From the NCBI GenBank assembly GCA_965248755.1, contig OZ252149.1:3328001-3392000 (forward strand): a stretch of 64,000 nucleotides of DNA, read 5' to 3'. Shown in pieces: positions 1 through 8,709 of this stretch. The stretch is from Candidatus Latescibacterota bacterium (GTDB taxonomy: Bacteria > Latescibacterota > CBDEFO01). The first letter of the stretch is position 1, and every line of letters starts with the position of its first letter. Made by a program: the position numbers and the translations under genes. The notes beneath the pieces are model-generated. The model made no database searches. It was not told the origin of the DNA and saw only the letters and a program-made list of their open reading frames with translations.

Positions 1-165
1 GATCATTTGGGCTATATGTGTCGCTATGGCTTTCAATATCTCCGGCTGCCCCAGAAAGAGATACTTGTCCAAGTAATAATTGCTCCTCTTACCCGAACTC
101 AGCACAAAATCCCCTTCTAAATAGGCCACGTCCACTATCCTTTTCCCTAACATCTTGAGTGTCAT
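1..165 (-). CDS. pyrE: Orotate phosphoribosyltransferase, N-terminal part (runs off the window edge)
   Basis: Manual translation MTLKMLGKRIVDVAYLEGDFVLSSGKRSNYYLDKYLF... has the PyrE GxFxLSSG-x-S-x-YY-x-D motif; GAGGAG RBS upstream; not in the ORF track. Confidence 0.85.
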   Translation of the reverse strand, partial: MTLKMLGKRIVDVAYLEGDFVLSSGKRSNYYLDKYLFLGQPEILKAIATHIAQMI

Positions 166-421
166 TGCTCTCCTCTATCAATAACAGTCAGACGAGCGGC
201 GCTAGGGCCTTTTCAAAGACTGAATACAGGTTTAAAATATACGAATAATCACGCTCCAAGTCCAGCAGTCTTTACAAGGTTTTTTGTGATTCGGCAAAGT
301 GTAGCATTTTTGCAGGAGTTTCTCCGCATGGGACCTCTTCCTGGCTGGTTGCCACACTTCCCTGCCCAGTTACACATGGGTTAGCACCTGTGGGCCCTGA
401 AATAAGCAACCTAAACTGAAT

Positions 422-447
422 GTATGGCGGGGTTAGCCCGCCTCTAC
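422..447. repeat. REP-like GC-rich palindrome
   Basis: gtatGGCGGGgttagCCCGCCtctac; GTAG on the minus strand; related copies at 3546, 5428 and 21849. Confidence 0.6.
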
Positions 448-549
448 TAATACATACGTTGGGGCAAATCATTATCTCTCTGCAAAACTTAAACTTTGTC
501 TTTCCGAATGAGATTAGAAGGTTTTGTAAAGCTTCTCGTGTTGTACAAA

Positions 550-584
550 GAAAAAGAGCGACCATTGTATCTGATGATCGCTCT
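550..584 (-). terminator. Putative intrinsic terminator of the sigma factor operon
   Basis: AAGAGCGA...TCGCTCTT stem followed by a T-rich tract on the minus strand, just after the 612 stop. Confidence 0.55.
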
Positions 585-611
585 TGTGCTGTATATATCA
601 CGTGCAGTTTA

Positions 612-1187
612 TCATTCCACTACGATTACCCTAGCGAGATCCTTCCCTGTCACAAGCGTATCACCGTGATATGGACAAAAGTTGAATTCCGAGTCGACGA
701 ACCTCTTTTGATCCACCGGGCAATATCTTATACTTTCATCGTGGTGAAAGACTACCTGCCTGACGTCCTTGAGGGACAGGGAAAACTTGCCCAACTTTGT
801 CTCACCTGAAAGCGTCTTACTCACTCTAAATCTGATAGAGCCGCTCGTGTTGGGCGTATTCGTATCTGCAAATATGGCTCCACTCAGTACTTTGCCATCC
901 CTAAGTGTTACCACTATCGATTTCTTCTCATCTGCGCTATGCCCCTGAAGCTCTACTTTTCTTATCTGATTAAACTTAATCCTGTATCTCTGCTTTCCCG
1001 CTGTAAAGACCAGATCGTTACGCCCCCCTAAAAGAAGATTTGATACCTCAAACCTGTTGCCCTTCCGATCCAGGACAATCGCTCTGGAATCTTGCTGTGA
1101 CGCCGATCCAGCTTTCGGAGTAAATGCAACAGATAGCAGGATCAATAAAGGCACAGTCTTTCTTCGAAATTTGTTCATTATCCTCAC
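612..1187 (-). CDS. Secreted hypothetical protein with a C-terminal Cys/His zinc-ribbon-like motif
   Basis: Signal-peptide-like N-terminus; two similar beta-rich segments (FNQIRKVEL / LKDVRQVVF); tail YCPVD...FCPYHG. Confidence 0.65.
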   Translation of the reverse strand: MRIMNKFRRKTVPLLILLSVAFTPKAGSASQQDSRAIVLDRKGNRFEVSNLLLGGRNDLVFTAGKQRYRIKFNQIRKVELQGHSADEKKSIVVTLRDGKVLSGAIFADTNTPNTSGSIRFRVSKTLSGETKLGKFSLSLKDVRQVVFHHDESIRYCPVDQKRFVDSEFNFCPYHGDTLVTGKDLARVIVVE

Positions 1188-1200
1188 CCTTTTTGAGGGC

Positions 1201-1857
1201 TCACCTCAGCACCTTTTCGGGGACCAGAGCATAGACCTTGTCAGTCAAGGGAGGGATCTCATCTTTGAACTTCCTGAGTTTACGCTGAAGCCGGAGTCTG
1301 CTTCTGTTTGCTCTCGATTTAATAGTCCCTACCGGGCATTCAGTTATCCTTGAAATCTCCTCGTAAGATAATCCCTGGACGTCCCTCATCAGGATGGCCT
1401 GACGGTATTTAGGAGGCAGTGAACGTATGGCGTCGTGCACAATATCGTCCAGTATTCTCGACTCAACCAGGTTGTCAGGCCTTTGTGAGTCATCGGCGAC
1501 CTCTACCCGAACTTGTGTTTCATGATCGCCTGCATCTATAGATATAGATCTCCACCTTTTTCTGCGTCTGAGTTCTGTCTTGGCCAAGTTGCTCGCAATC
1601 GTAAATATCCATGTTGAAAAGTTCATTATGTCGGCGTTCGAACTTCTCTTTTTGAAGACCCTCAGAAACGTCTCTTGGACTATATCCTCGGCTGTCTCGC
1701 GATCCCCTACGAACCGGAAAAGGAAGTTTATCAATCTATCCCTGTATCTTTCGACAATCCCTGTAAAGCAGGACATATCTCCGTCTGACAACCCTGCCAT
1801 AAGTTCCTCGTCCTTCATTTTTGAAGTGTCCAAATTCCGAGTCTGGATAACTGGCAT
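1201..1857 (-). CDS. ECF sigma-70 factor (RpoE/SigW-like)
   Basis: Region 2 AEDIVQETFLRV...FSTWIFTIA; region 4 LSYEEIS...PVGTIKSRANR; GAGGAG RBS. Confidence 0.95.
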   Translation of the reverse strand: MPVIQTRNLDTSKMKDEELMAGLSDGDMSCFTGIVERYRDRLINFLFRFVGDRETAEDIVQETFLRVFKKRSSNADIMNFSTWIFTIASNLAKTELRRRKRWRSISIDAGDHETQVRVEVADDSQRPDNLVESRILDDIVHDAIRSLPPKYRQAILMRDVQGLSYEEISRITECPVGTIKSRANRSRLRLQRKLRKFKDEIPPLTDKVYALVPEKVLR

Positions 1858-2003
1858 TCTTCTCTCCTCAATTCTCCGCCCTTTTAGGGAATATCACCAT
1901 TATTCTCGGCAGACCTAAGAGGGTATCTGTGCTGAGGGGGGTAAGAGCACTTGCCCTTGACAGTCTGCCGAGAATCTTTAGGTGTGTTTTCTATAAGTAG
2001 TAC

Positions 2004-2019
2004 TGCAAAAGACGTGCCA
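2004..2019 (-). promoter_or_regulatory. Sigma54 (-24/-12) promoter of ECF sigma 1
   Basis: Minus strand TGGCACGTCTTTTGCA matches TGGCACG-N4-TTGCW exactly. Confidence 0.85.
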
Positions 2020-2404
2020 GAGACGAAAAGGCTTGAGGAGACGGCCATAAACGTTGTAGTTGCTAACAGATATTCAGGACTTTGACTATCACTAAGCTTG
2101 TCCCTATCGAATATCAGTACTTACATCGGACATTTTTGTCGGACATTTTTGTCAGATTAGGGTCTTGTCCACTCCGGAGCAGGGAGTTGAGAGGACCCGT
2201 GTGTTCGCCCAGCAGGCAGCTAACAGTGAGGGGAGGAGATGCGCCTATGATACGAAGAGATTCCGAAGCCAACCTAAAGTAGATTGCATTTTGGTCTGAA
2301 ACGGATTTTTCCCTTGCACTCTGTTCAACTAAATTCGTATATTTGCAAGCAAGAACAGCTTGAAGCCAAGAGTGTCTTTTCTTTGCAATTTGGAGGGATG
2401 AAAA

Positions 2405-3511
2405 ATGGCAGAATTGACGATCAGGTCTGATGAACAGTGCGACTACGATGCGGTCTCGCTCGGTGAAGTGATGTTGAGATTGGATCCGGGGGATGTTCCA
2501 ACGCGAAAGTCCAGAACTTTCAAGGCATGGCACGGGGGCGGTGAGCTGAACGTCGCTGAAGGATTGAGCTACTGTTTCGGCATGAGAACATCTGTGGTCA
2601 CCGCTCTGGTGGACGACGGCGTAGGGCGAAATATTGAAGCTCAGCTGAGGGAAGCGGGCGTAGATACAAGCCACATCGTCTGGTTGAATTTCGACGGTAT
2701 CGGAAGGGTGTGCAACGGCATAAACTTCACCTGGAGCGGTAAGGGACTGCTGCCGTCGGTGACCGAGTACTACAGGGCGCACACCTCAGCCCGCCAGTTG
2801 AAAGGGGGAGACGTAGATTGGAGTGGACTCTTCTCCGAGAGGGGCGTCCGGTGGTTCCATACAGGCGGGATATATACCCTAATATCCGATACGGCCCCCG
2901 AGGTGGTAAAGGAGGCTGTAATGGCGGCAAGGGAGGCAGGTACATTTGTATCTTTTGATCTGAACTACAGATCGAGTCTCCAGCCCGATCAGAAGAAGGC
3001 ACAAAGTATCAATAGGGAACTTGTGCAGTACGTAGATTTTCTCGTCGGAAATGAGGAGGATTTCCAGGCGGCGTTGGGCTACGAGATAGAGGAGGTGGGC
3101 GAGGACTTCACCAGCCTGAACATAGAAGCCTACGAAAAGATGGTGGTAAGGGTCGCCGAGGATTTCCCCAATCTCAAGTTAATCGGAACCACGCTTCGTG
3201 AGGCCATCTCTGCAGATGCGATTAACTGGGGCGCCATTTTGTATTCCGTATCGGGACGGAAGTTGTATCAAGCAACACAGCGGGATGGCGTCCAGATCAA
3301 AGACCGGACGGGCGGAGGCGATTCCTTCGTCTCCGGGACTGCTGCCGCCCTGCTTGGGGGAAAGGGTCTGAAGGAGACGGTCGAGTGGGGCGCGGCACAC
3401 GGTGCTCTGGTGCAACTAACCCCTGGGGACACGACGATGGTGACACAGACAGAGATCGAAAAAGAAATCGCCCGCGCTCAGAAAGGAGGAGGAGTAAGAG
3501 CCAGGCGATAA
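2405..3511 (+). CDS. kdgK: 2-dehydro-3-deoxygluconokinase (PfkB family)
   Basis: LGEVMLRLDPG, GGGELNVA, SFDLNYR, GNEED and DRTGGGDSF motifs. Confidence 0.85.
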   Translation: MAELTIRSDEQCDYDAVSLGEVMLRLDPGDVPTRKSRTFKAWHGGGELNVAEGLSYCFGMRTSVVTALVDDGVGRNIEAQLREAGVDTSHIVWLNFDGIGRVCNGINFTWSGKGLLPSVTEYYRAHTSARQLKGGDVDWSGLFSERGVRWFHTGGIYTLISDTAPEVVKEAVMAAREAGTFVSFDLNYRSSLQPDQKKAQSINRELVQYVDFLVGNEEDFQAALGYEIEEVGEDFTSLNIEAYEKMVVRVAEDFPNLKLIGTTLREAISADAINWGAILYSVSGRKLYQATQRDGVQIKDRTGGGDSFVSGTAAALLGGKGLKETVEWGAAHGALVQLTPGDTTMVTQTEIEKEIARAQKGGGVRARR

Positions 3512-3687
3512 AGTGGGGCTTGGAAACGATTTGTCCAAACGTGATGTGGGGGCGAGGTCCACTCGCCCGAAGGGGGATAAGCCCGTCCCTTTATTTACCG
3601 ACAGCGTCTTAATTTATCGGGATACCTAATGTGTGGTGGAAGGAGAGGTTTGGCAAGAAGCCACGAAGTAGTTCGCCTGATATTTTC

Positions 3688-3715
3688 AGGTGCAGACACA
3701 TGGGTCTGCACCTAC
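3688..3715. repeat. REP-like palindrome between convergent genes
   Basis: Minus strand GTAG-GTGCAGACCCATGTGTCTGCACC; a second palindrome GGGCGAGgtccaCTCGCCC lies at 3546-3568. Confidence 0.6.
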
Positions 3716-3728
3716 AGATGTTGAAGGT

Positions 3729-4553
3729 CTATTCCTCTAAAGATTTTACTATCTCTCTTGAGTTTTTCGCTTTTTTTCTAATCTCTCTTGGGGTCCCCTT
3801 TGCCAGATAGCTCATACCTGCTGCTATGACGTAGGGGACCTTAAGCCAGGGCACCATGTTGTCCTTATCCAGTCCGCCTGTCAGTACGACTCTTAAGTTG
3901 TCGAACGGAGTCACCGCCTTGAACGTCTCGGCAAGTTCAGCTGGCGTGTATCTCTGAGTCGGATACAACTTCTGGTAGTTCGCACCGCGCATCTTCACGG
4001 CTTTCAGCCCGTCCGGAGCATGGCTCGAAGCAGGTATGATAATGCCCCCGCGCGTGCTGACGTACATTATCGGGTCCATCATCAGAGCGTAAGCGTCAAC
4101 TTCTCCCAATTCCTCTTTGTAGAGCCCTTTGATCTCCTCCTCGTGATTCTGAATGAACGTCTCCAGATCGGTTAGATGAGATCTCCTTTCGGGAGGTACG
4201 GCGGCGCGATTTGAATATGGCATAAGTTCGTGGGCAGCTACAATCACTTCTGCTCCGCTTTGCATCGCCTGGTGGGCCGAAAAAATATCCGTGTTTGTCC
4301 CGACAGCGACTATTACGTCAGGATTTTTTGTATCCTTATAGTGTTGAAGGGCTTCTAAGTGATTCAACCACGTTGCGGCTCTGCAGGTGATCTCAGAAGT
4401 TGAAACGCCCCCCTCATAGAGTCCGTCGGCGATCCCTGCGACCTGATCTGTTATATTGCCTGTAGTGCCGATAACCGCAAAGAGTCTTTCCGTATCGATT
4501 CTTCTTTCTATTTCTCTTTTTCTCTCTTGGCTAACAACTCTTAACCGGCTCAT
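3729..4553 (-). CDS. Divergent KDPG/KHG aldolase-like protein
   Basis: EIT, VGT, QKLYP and TGG motifs match Eda; start placed at MSRLRVV after a GGAGG RBS; carries a long internal insertion. Confidence 0.65.
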   Translation of the reverse strand: MSRLRVVSQERKREIERRIDTERLFAVIGTTGNITDQVAGIADGLYEGGVSTSEITCRAATWLNHLEALQHYKDTKNPDVIVAVGTNTDIFSAHQAMQSGAEVIVAAHELMPYSNRAAVPPERRSHLTDLETFIQNHEEEIKGLYKEELGEVDAYALMMDPIMYVSTRGGIIIPASSHAPDGLKAVKMRGANYQKLYPTQRYTPAELAETFKAVTPFDNLRVVLTGGLDKDNMVPWLKVPYVIAAGMSYLAKGTPREIRKKAKNSREIVKSLEE

Positions 4554-4611
4554 CTTAGTTCCTCCAGAGCAAGTAGATAGCATACGCGAATGAGAGAGGA
4601 TACTCTGTCTA

Positions 4612-5403
4612 CTATTTTATTATTCCTCTTTCGCTGCTTTCTATAAACTCTATAAGAGCCTTTACCTCTTCTGTTTGTTCGATCTCTGCTTTCACTGTCT
4701 CTGTAGCCTGCGACGTGTTCATATCAGATCTGAAGATGATCTTGTATGCTTTCTTCAAAATCTCTACAGCTTCCTTCGAAATACCGTGCTTTTCCAATCC
4801 CACAGGACCGGTCTGTCCCTTGCCGACGTTGAGTCCGACGGGACTTGGCGGCTCTCCGGCTGCTTTTATGAACGGCGGCACATCCTTAGTTATACGGCAC
4901 CCCCCGGATACGAAGCTATGTTGTCCTATCCTGCTGAATTGTTGAATCAGCACGCATCCCGACAGCCTAACATAGTCTTCCACAGTCACGTGACCTGCCA
5001 TCTGCGTGCAGTTAGAAATGACCACGTTGTCTTTGATGATGCAGTCGTGAGCCACGTGGACGTAAGCCATTAGGAGGCAATCACTCCCAATTCTGGTCTT
5101 CATCCGGTGCGACGTCCCGCGGTTTAGTGTGGCGTATTCTCTTATAACCGTTCTGTCTCCTATTTCCAGCGTCGTCTCTTCGCCGTGAAATTTCAAATCC
5201 TGGGGTACAGAACCTATTACAGCGCCGTGATGGATGGAACAATCCCGGCCTAATACGGAGCCTTTGGCTATCAGAACATTGGAGCCTATATTAGTCCCTG
5301 AGCCTATGGTTACTCCCGCTTCGATCAGGGAGAAGGGACCTATAGAGACATCCTGGTCCAACTGGGCTTGGGGGCTTAATTGGGCAAACTTGTGTATTTC
5401 CAA
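4612..5403 (-). CDS. lpxA: UDP-N-acetylglucosamine O-acyltransferase
   Basis: Hexapeptide repeats, PQDLKF, IREYATLNRGT, HVAHDC. Confidence 0.97.
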   Translation of the reverse strand: MEIHKFAQLSPQAQLDQDVSIGPFSLIEAGVTIGSGTNIGSNVLIAKGSVLGRDCSIHHGAVIGSVPQDLKFHGEETTLEIGDRTVIREYATLNRGTSHRMKTRIGSDCLLMAYVHVAHDCIIKDNVVISNCTQMAGHVTVEDYVRLSGCVLIQQFSRIGQHSFVSGGCRITKDVPPFIKAAGEPPSPVGLNVGKGQTGPVGLEKHGISKEAVEILKKAYKIIFRSDMNTSQATETVKAEIEQTEEVKALIEFIESSERGIIK

Positions 5404-5427
5404 TTCTCGCCTCTGGTGATGAATCGA

Positions 5428-5455
5428 GTGGAGGGCGGGGTTACCCCGCCCTCAC
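5428..5455. repeat. REP-like palindrome
   Basis: GAGGGCGGGG-tta-CCCCGCCCTC perfect 10-bp stem between lpxC-fabZ and lpxA. Confidence 0.65.
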
Positions 5456-5491
5456 GATAAGCGGTAGGATGAATCAGGGATATAGGGAGGT

Positions 5492-6901
5492 TCAGTGAGG
5501 AGGATTTTCCTTATCCACGAGCATTGCTGTAAGCTCGGCTTCAGCTACTAAATCTCCGTCCACATAGGCTTTGCCCTGCATCTTGCAGGTTGTGCGCCGA
5601 AGCCTGATCATGTCCAACTCAAAGCGAATTTGATCTCCCGGAACTACTGGCTTTCTAAACTTAGCCTTATCGACTCCCAAGAAATAGACCAGTTTCTCTT
5701 TGGGATCGTCCACTGTGCTCAGGAATAATATGCCCCCCACTTGAGCCATAGCCTCTATCTGAAGGACAGCGGGCATAACAGGATCGGTCGGGAAGTGTCC
5801 TGTGAAGAACTGTTCGTTGATCGTGACGTTCTTTATACCCACCACCTTTTCCCCTGGAAGCATATATATTATTCGGTCGATCATGAGGAAGGGATAGCGA
5901 TGAGGCATAATCTTTCGGATGGCTCTTATGTCGAAGAGGAATTTATCGCTCTTGGCGTGGTCGTATTCTTTGGTTATCTTTCTTTTCTCATAGGTTTTTC
6001 TGATCATTGTAGCAAATTCTATGTTCGACCTGTGCCCTGAGCTGACCGCCATGACGTGCCCCCGGATAGGAGCACCCAAAAGAAAGAGGTCTCCCGTAAG
6101 GTCGAGGACTTTGTGGCGACAGAATTCGTTGGGGAAGCGAAGTTCCACTTCGTTGATGAGACCGTTCTGGCCCACCGTTACTTGTTCGGTAATTCCAAAA
6201 AGATCCTTGAGTTCGTCGAGTTCCTCATCACTAATAGTGACATCCGCGATGACAAGGGCGTTAGAGAGGCTACCTCCCCTGATGAGGTTTTGCTCTCTTA
6301 GGGTCTTAAGTTCACTCAATAGACAAAAGGTGCGCGCCGGTGCGTAGTCCACAATGAACTCGTCCTCCAGTGAGAACATACCTGTATATTGGGCTTCTAC
6401 AGCCGGCGTGTCAGGAGCGCTCATAAAGGTGACCTTGAAATCGTCTGAGGGTAAAACCACCAATTCGGGACCGCCATCGGGCTCGGAGTATCTGATCATC
6501 TCCTCTATGATGATGTAGTCTTTAGGAGAGTCCTGCTCCACAAATCCTGCCTTCTGCAGGGACTCAACAAAAATCATCGCGCTGCCGTCGCCGACCGGGG
6601 GCTCGCTGGAACTTATCTCTACTGTGACGTTGTCTATTCCCAATCCCGCCAGAGCGGCCAGGAGGTGCTCTACTGTGTGGACTTTAGCGTTGTCAATTCC
6701 TATGGTTGTTCCCCTTGATGTATCTACTACGTGGTCTATATCCGCTGGAATCTCTGGATTCATAGGAAGATCTGTGCGCACAAACGTCACACCTGTATTG
6801 GTTCCTGACGGTTTAAACGTAGCCTTGACTTCCGCGCCGGTGTGCAGACCCGTGCCAGAGCACGATACCTCTTTTGCTATAGTGCGCTGATTCTTGAGCA
6901 T
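5492..6901 (-). CDS. lpxC-fabZ: Bifunctional LpxC deacetylase / FabZ dehydratase
   Basis: GTGLHTG, TVEHLLAAL, RHKVLDL (LpxC); PHRYPFLMIDR, FTGHFP, EAMAQ (FabZ). Confidence 0.97.
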   Translation of the reverse strand: MLKNQRTIAKEVSCSGTGLHTGAEVKATFKPSGTNTGVTFVRTDLPMNPEIPADIDHVVDTSRGTTIGIDNAKVHTVEHLLAALAGLGIDNVTVEISSSEPPVGDGSAMIFVESLQKAGFVEQDSPKDYIIIEEMIRYSEPDGGPELVVLPSDDFKVTFMSAPDTPAVEAQYTGMFSLEDEFIVDYAPARTFCLLSELKTLREQNLIRGGSLSNALVIADVTISDEELDELKDLFGITEQVTVGQNGLINEVELRFPNEFCRHKVLDLTGDLFLLGAPIRGHVMAVSSGHRSNIEFATMIRKTYEKRKITKEYDHAKSDKFLFDIRAIRKIMPHRYPFLMIDRIIYMLPGEKVVGIKNVTINEQFFTGHFPTDPVMPAVLQIEAMAQVGGILFLSTVDDPKEKLVYFLGVDKAKFRKPVVPGDQIRFELDMIRLRRTTCKMQGKAYVDGDLVAEAELTAMLVDKENPPH

Positions 6902-6902
6902 C

Positions 6903-7985
6903 TTATCTGTGCCTCAACTCCTCTTTGAGTTCTTCTATCTGTTTTTCCAACTGCTTGACTCTCTTTAAAAGGTCGGGGATCTTGCTCTGATAGGCCTCTG
7001 TCTTTCTGACTATCTCTATTGATCTTGCGGGACTGCCGGTTATGAACGACTTTTCGGGGAACGATTTGGCTATTCCCGATTGCGCACCTACTATCGATTC
7101 GTCTCCCAATTCTATATGACCTACGAAGCCAACTTGGCCACCAATCTGGCACTTTCTCCCGATCTTTGTGCTCCCAGAAACCCCTGCCTGGGCGGCAATA
7201 ACGGTGTCCGGACCTATCTCCACGTTGTGGGCTATCTGTACTAGGTTGTCGATCTTGGTTCCTTTTCCTATCCGTGTAACGCCCATAGTTGCACGATCTA
7301 TCGTGGTATTAGCTCCTATCTCAACGTCATCTTCGATGATCACAGTACCTACCTGCGGTACCTTGTGATATTTGCCATTATCCGGGGCAAACCCGAAACC
7401 GTCGCTCCCTATCACAGCTCCGGAGTGTATTATCACGTTCTTTCCGATCTGTATTTCCTTGTAGGTCGTCACGTTTGGATATATCAGAGTCCCCTGGCCT
7501 ATTTTGCAGTTTTTTCCTATGATGGAATTTGCACAGATTCTAACTCCATCTTCGATCTTTGCTCCCTCTTCCACACAGACGTAAGGACCTATATATATAC
7601 CAGAGCTAATCTGGGCGCTCTTGGCCACTTGAGCAGTGAGGTGTATCTCCTTGGGATATTCATCCACCTGTGTGTGGAAGAGTCGCATAACCTGTGCGAA
7701 GCAGTAATAGGGGTTTTCAGAAAGGATAACGGGGATAGAAATGGAATCTTCATCTTTATGGGGGCTATCCCCGATAGATTCAATCGGGGAAGAAGATGTG
7801 GACGGGAGGATCAAGGCAGAGGCCTTTGTGGATTTGAGATAACGGCGATATTTGGGATTGGAAAGGAAGGTAATATCGCCATGTTCGGCGTCATCTATGC
7901 CGGCGACTCCCGATATTAGTGTGCGTCCATCTCCGAGGATCTCTCCCCCGACCAGGCTGACGATTTGGTCTAATCTCATTTGCAT
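6903..7985 (-). CDS. lpxD: UDP-3-O-acylglucosamine N-acyltransferase
   Basis: [30 protein letters not shown]. Confidence 0.97.
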   Translation of the reverse strand: MQMRLDQIVSLVGGEILGDGRTLISGVAGIDDAEHGDITFLSNPKYRRYLKSTKASALILPSTSSSPIESIGDSPHKDEDSISIPVILSENPYYCFAQVMRLFHTQVDEYPKEIHLTAQVAKSAQISSGIYIGPYVCVEEGAKIEDGVRICANSIIGKNCKIGQGTLIYPNVTTYKEIQIGKNVIIHSGAVIGSDGFGFAPDNGKYHKVPQVGTVIIEDDVEIGANTTIDRATMGVTRIGKGTKIDNLVQIAHNVEIGPDTVIAAQAGVSGSTKIGRKCQIGGQVGFVGHIELGDESIVGAQSGIAKSFPEKSFITGSPARSIEIVRKTEAYQSKIPDLLKRVKQLEKQIEELKEELRHR

Positions 7986-8007
7986 GGGCTAAGACGACCT
8001 TTTAATC

Positions 8008-8577
8008 CTATTTTGATTTGGACTCCTTGGATGTGGGGGGCTCCTTATCCAGTTCCTCTAATATCCGGTCGGTTATGTCATATTGCGGTTTTGCGAAGAG
8101 CAGGCCCGGTGAGTCGAAGATAAAGTCGTAGTCCTCCTCTTCCCCTATATTCTTTATTAAGGAGTTTATCTCATCGTAGATCGGCTTGGAGAGCTCTATG
8201 TTCTTTTGAGCATACTTCCCCCCTGGGGAGAGGAACTCATCCACGAACTTCTGAAGGGCCTGGGCCTTAGCCTCCCCATCCCTTTCGAGCTCGTTTCTCT
8301 TCTCCTCGCTCATAAGCAACCGCTGTACCTCATATTCCTCCTTGAGACGTTCTAATTCCCTCTGTTTCTTTTCGGCCTCTTTCTCCCACTGATCCTTGTA
8401 TCTGTCCAGTTCTTGCTGAACTTCAGCAAGGGCTTTATACTCTGAGAGTATGCGCTCCGAGTTGATGTAGGCTACCTTCAGATCAGCAGCATGGGAGAAA
8501 ACAGCCCAAAACAGAACAACGGTAGACGCCACAGCGGTGGTAAAGATAGACCTTTTTAAAAGAACTTTGGAACGCAT
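8008..8577 (-). CDS. skp: OmpH/Skp periplasmic chaperone
   Basis: Signal peptide, KVAYINSERIL, coiled coil, YDITDRIL; follows bamA. Confidence 0.92.
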   Translation of the reverse strand: MRSKVLLKRSIFTTAVASTVVLFWAVFSHAADLKVAYINSERILSEYKALAEVQQELDRYKDQWEKEAEKKQRELERLKEEYEVQRLLMSEEKRNELERDGEAKAQALQKFVDEFLSPGGKYAQKNIELSKPIYDEINSLIKNIGEEEDYDFIFDSPGLLFAKPQYDITDRILEELDKEPPTSKESKSK

Positions 8578-8709
8578 AGCGATTCTCTCCTTGAGGGGGC
8601 CCCCAAAAGTATTGAGGAATTGTCTTTCGAAAAGGGTGTGTTATGTCGTCAGATCACTTCGTGGCTTCTTGCCGCCACTTCATCCATCCATCCCGCACAC
8701 CACTAATTT

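Noticed and set aside
166..611. PyrR attenuator upstream of pyrE, or ORFs 272-601 and 420-809 as genes
   Set aside because: No PyrR-binding consensus on the sense strand; the ORFs cross a REP and a terminator and have no recognizable motifs
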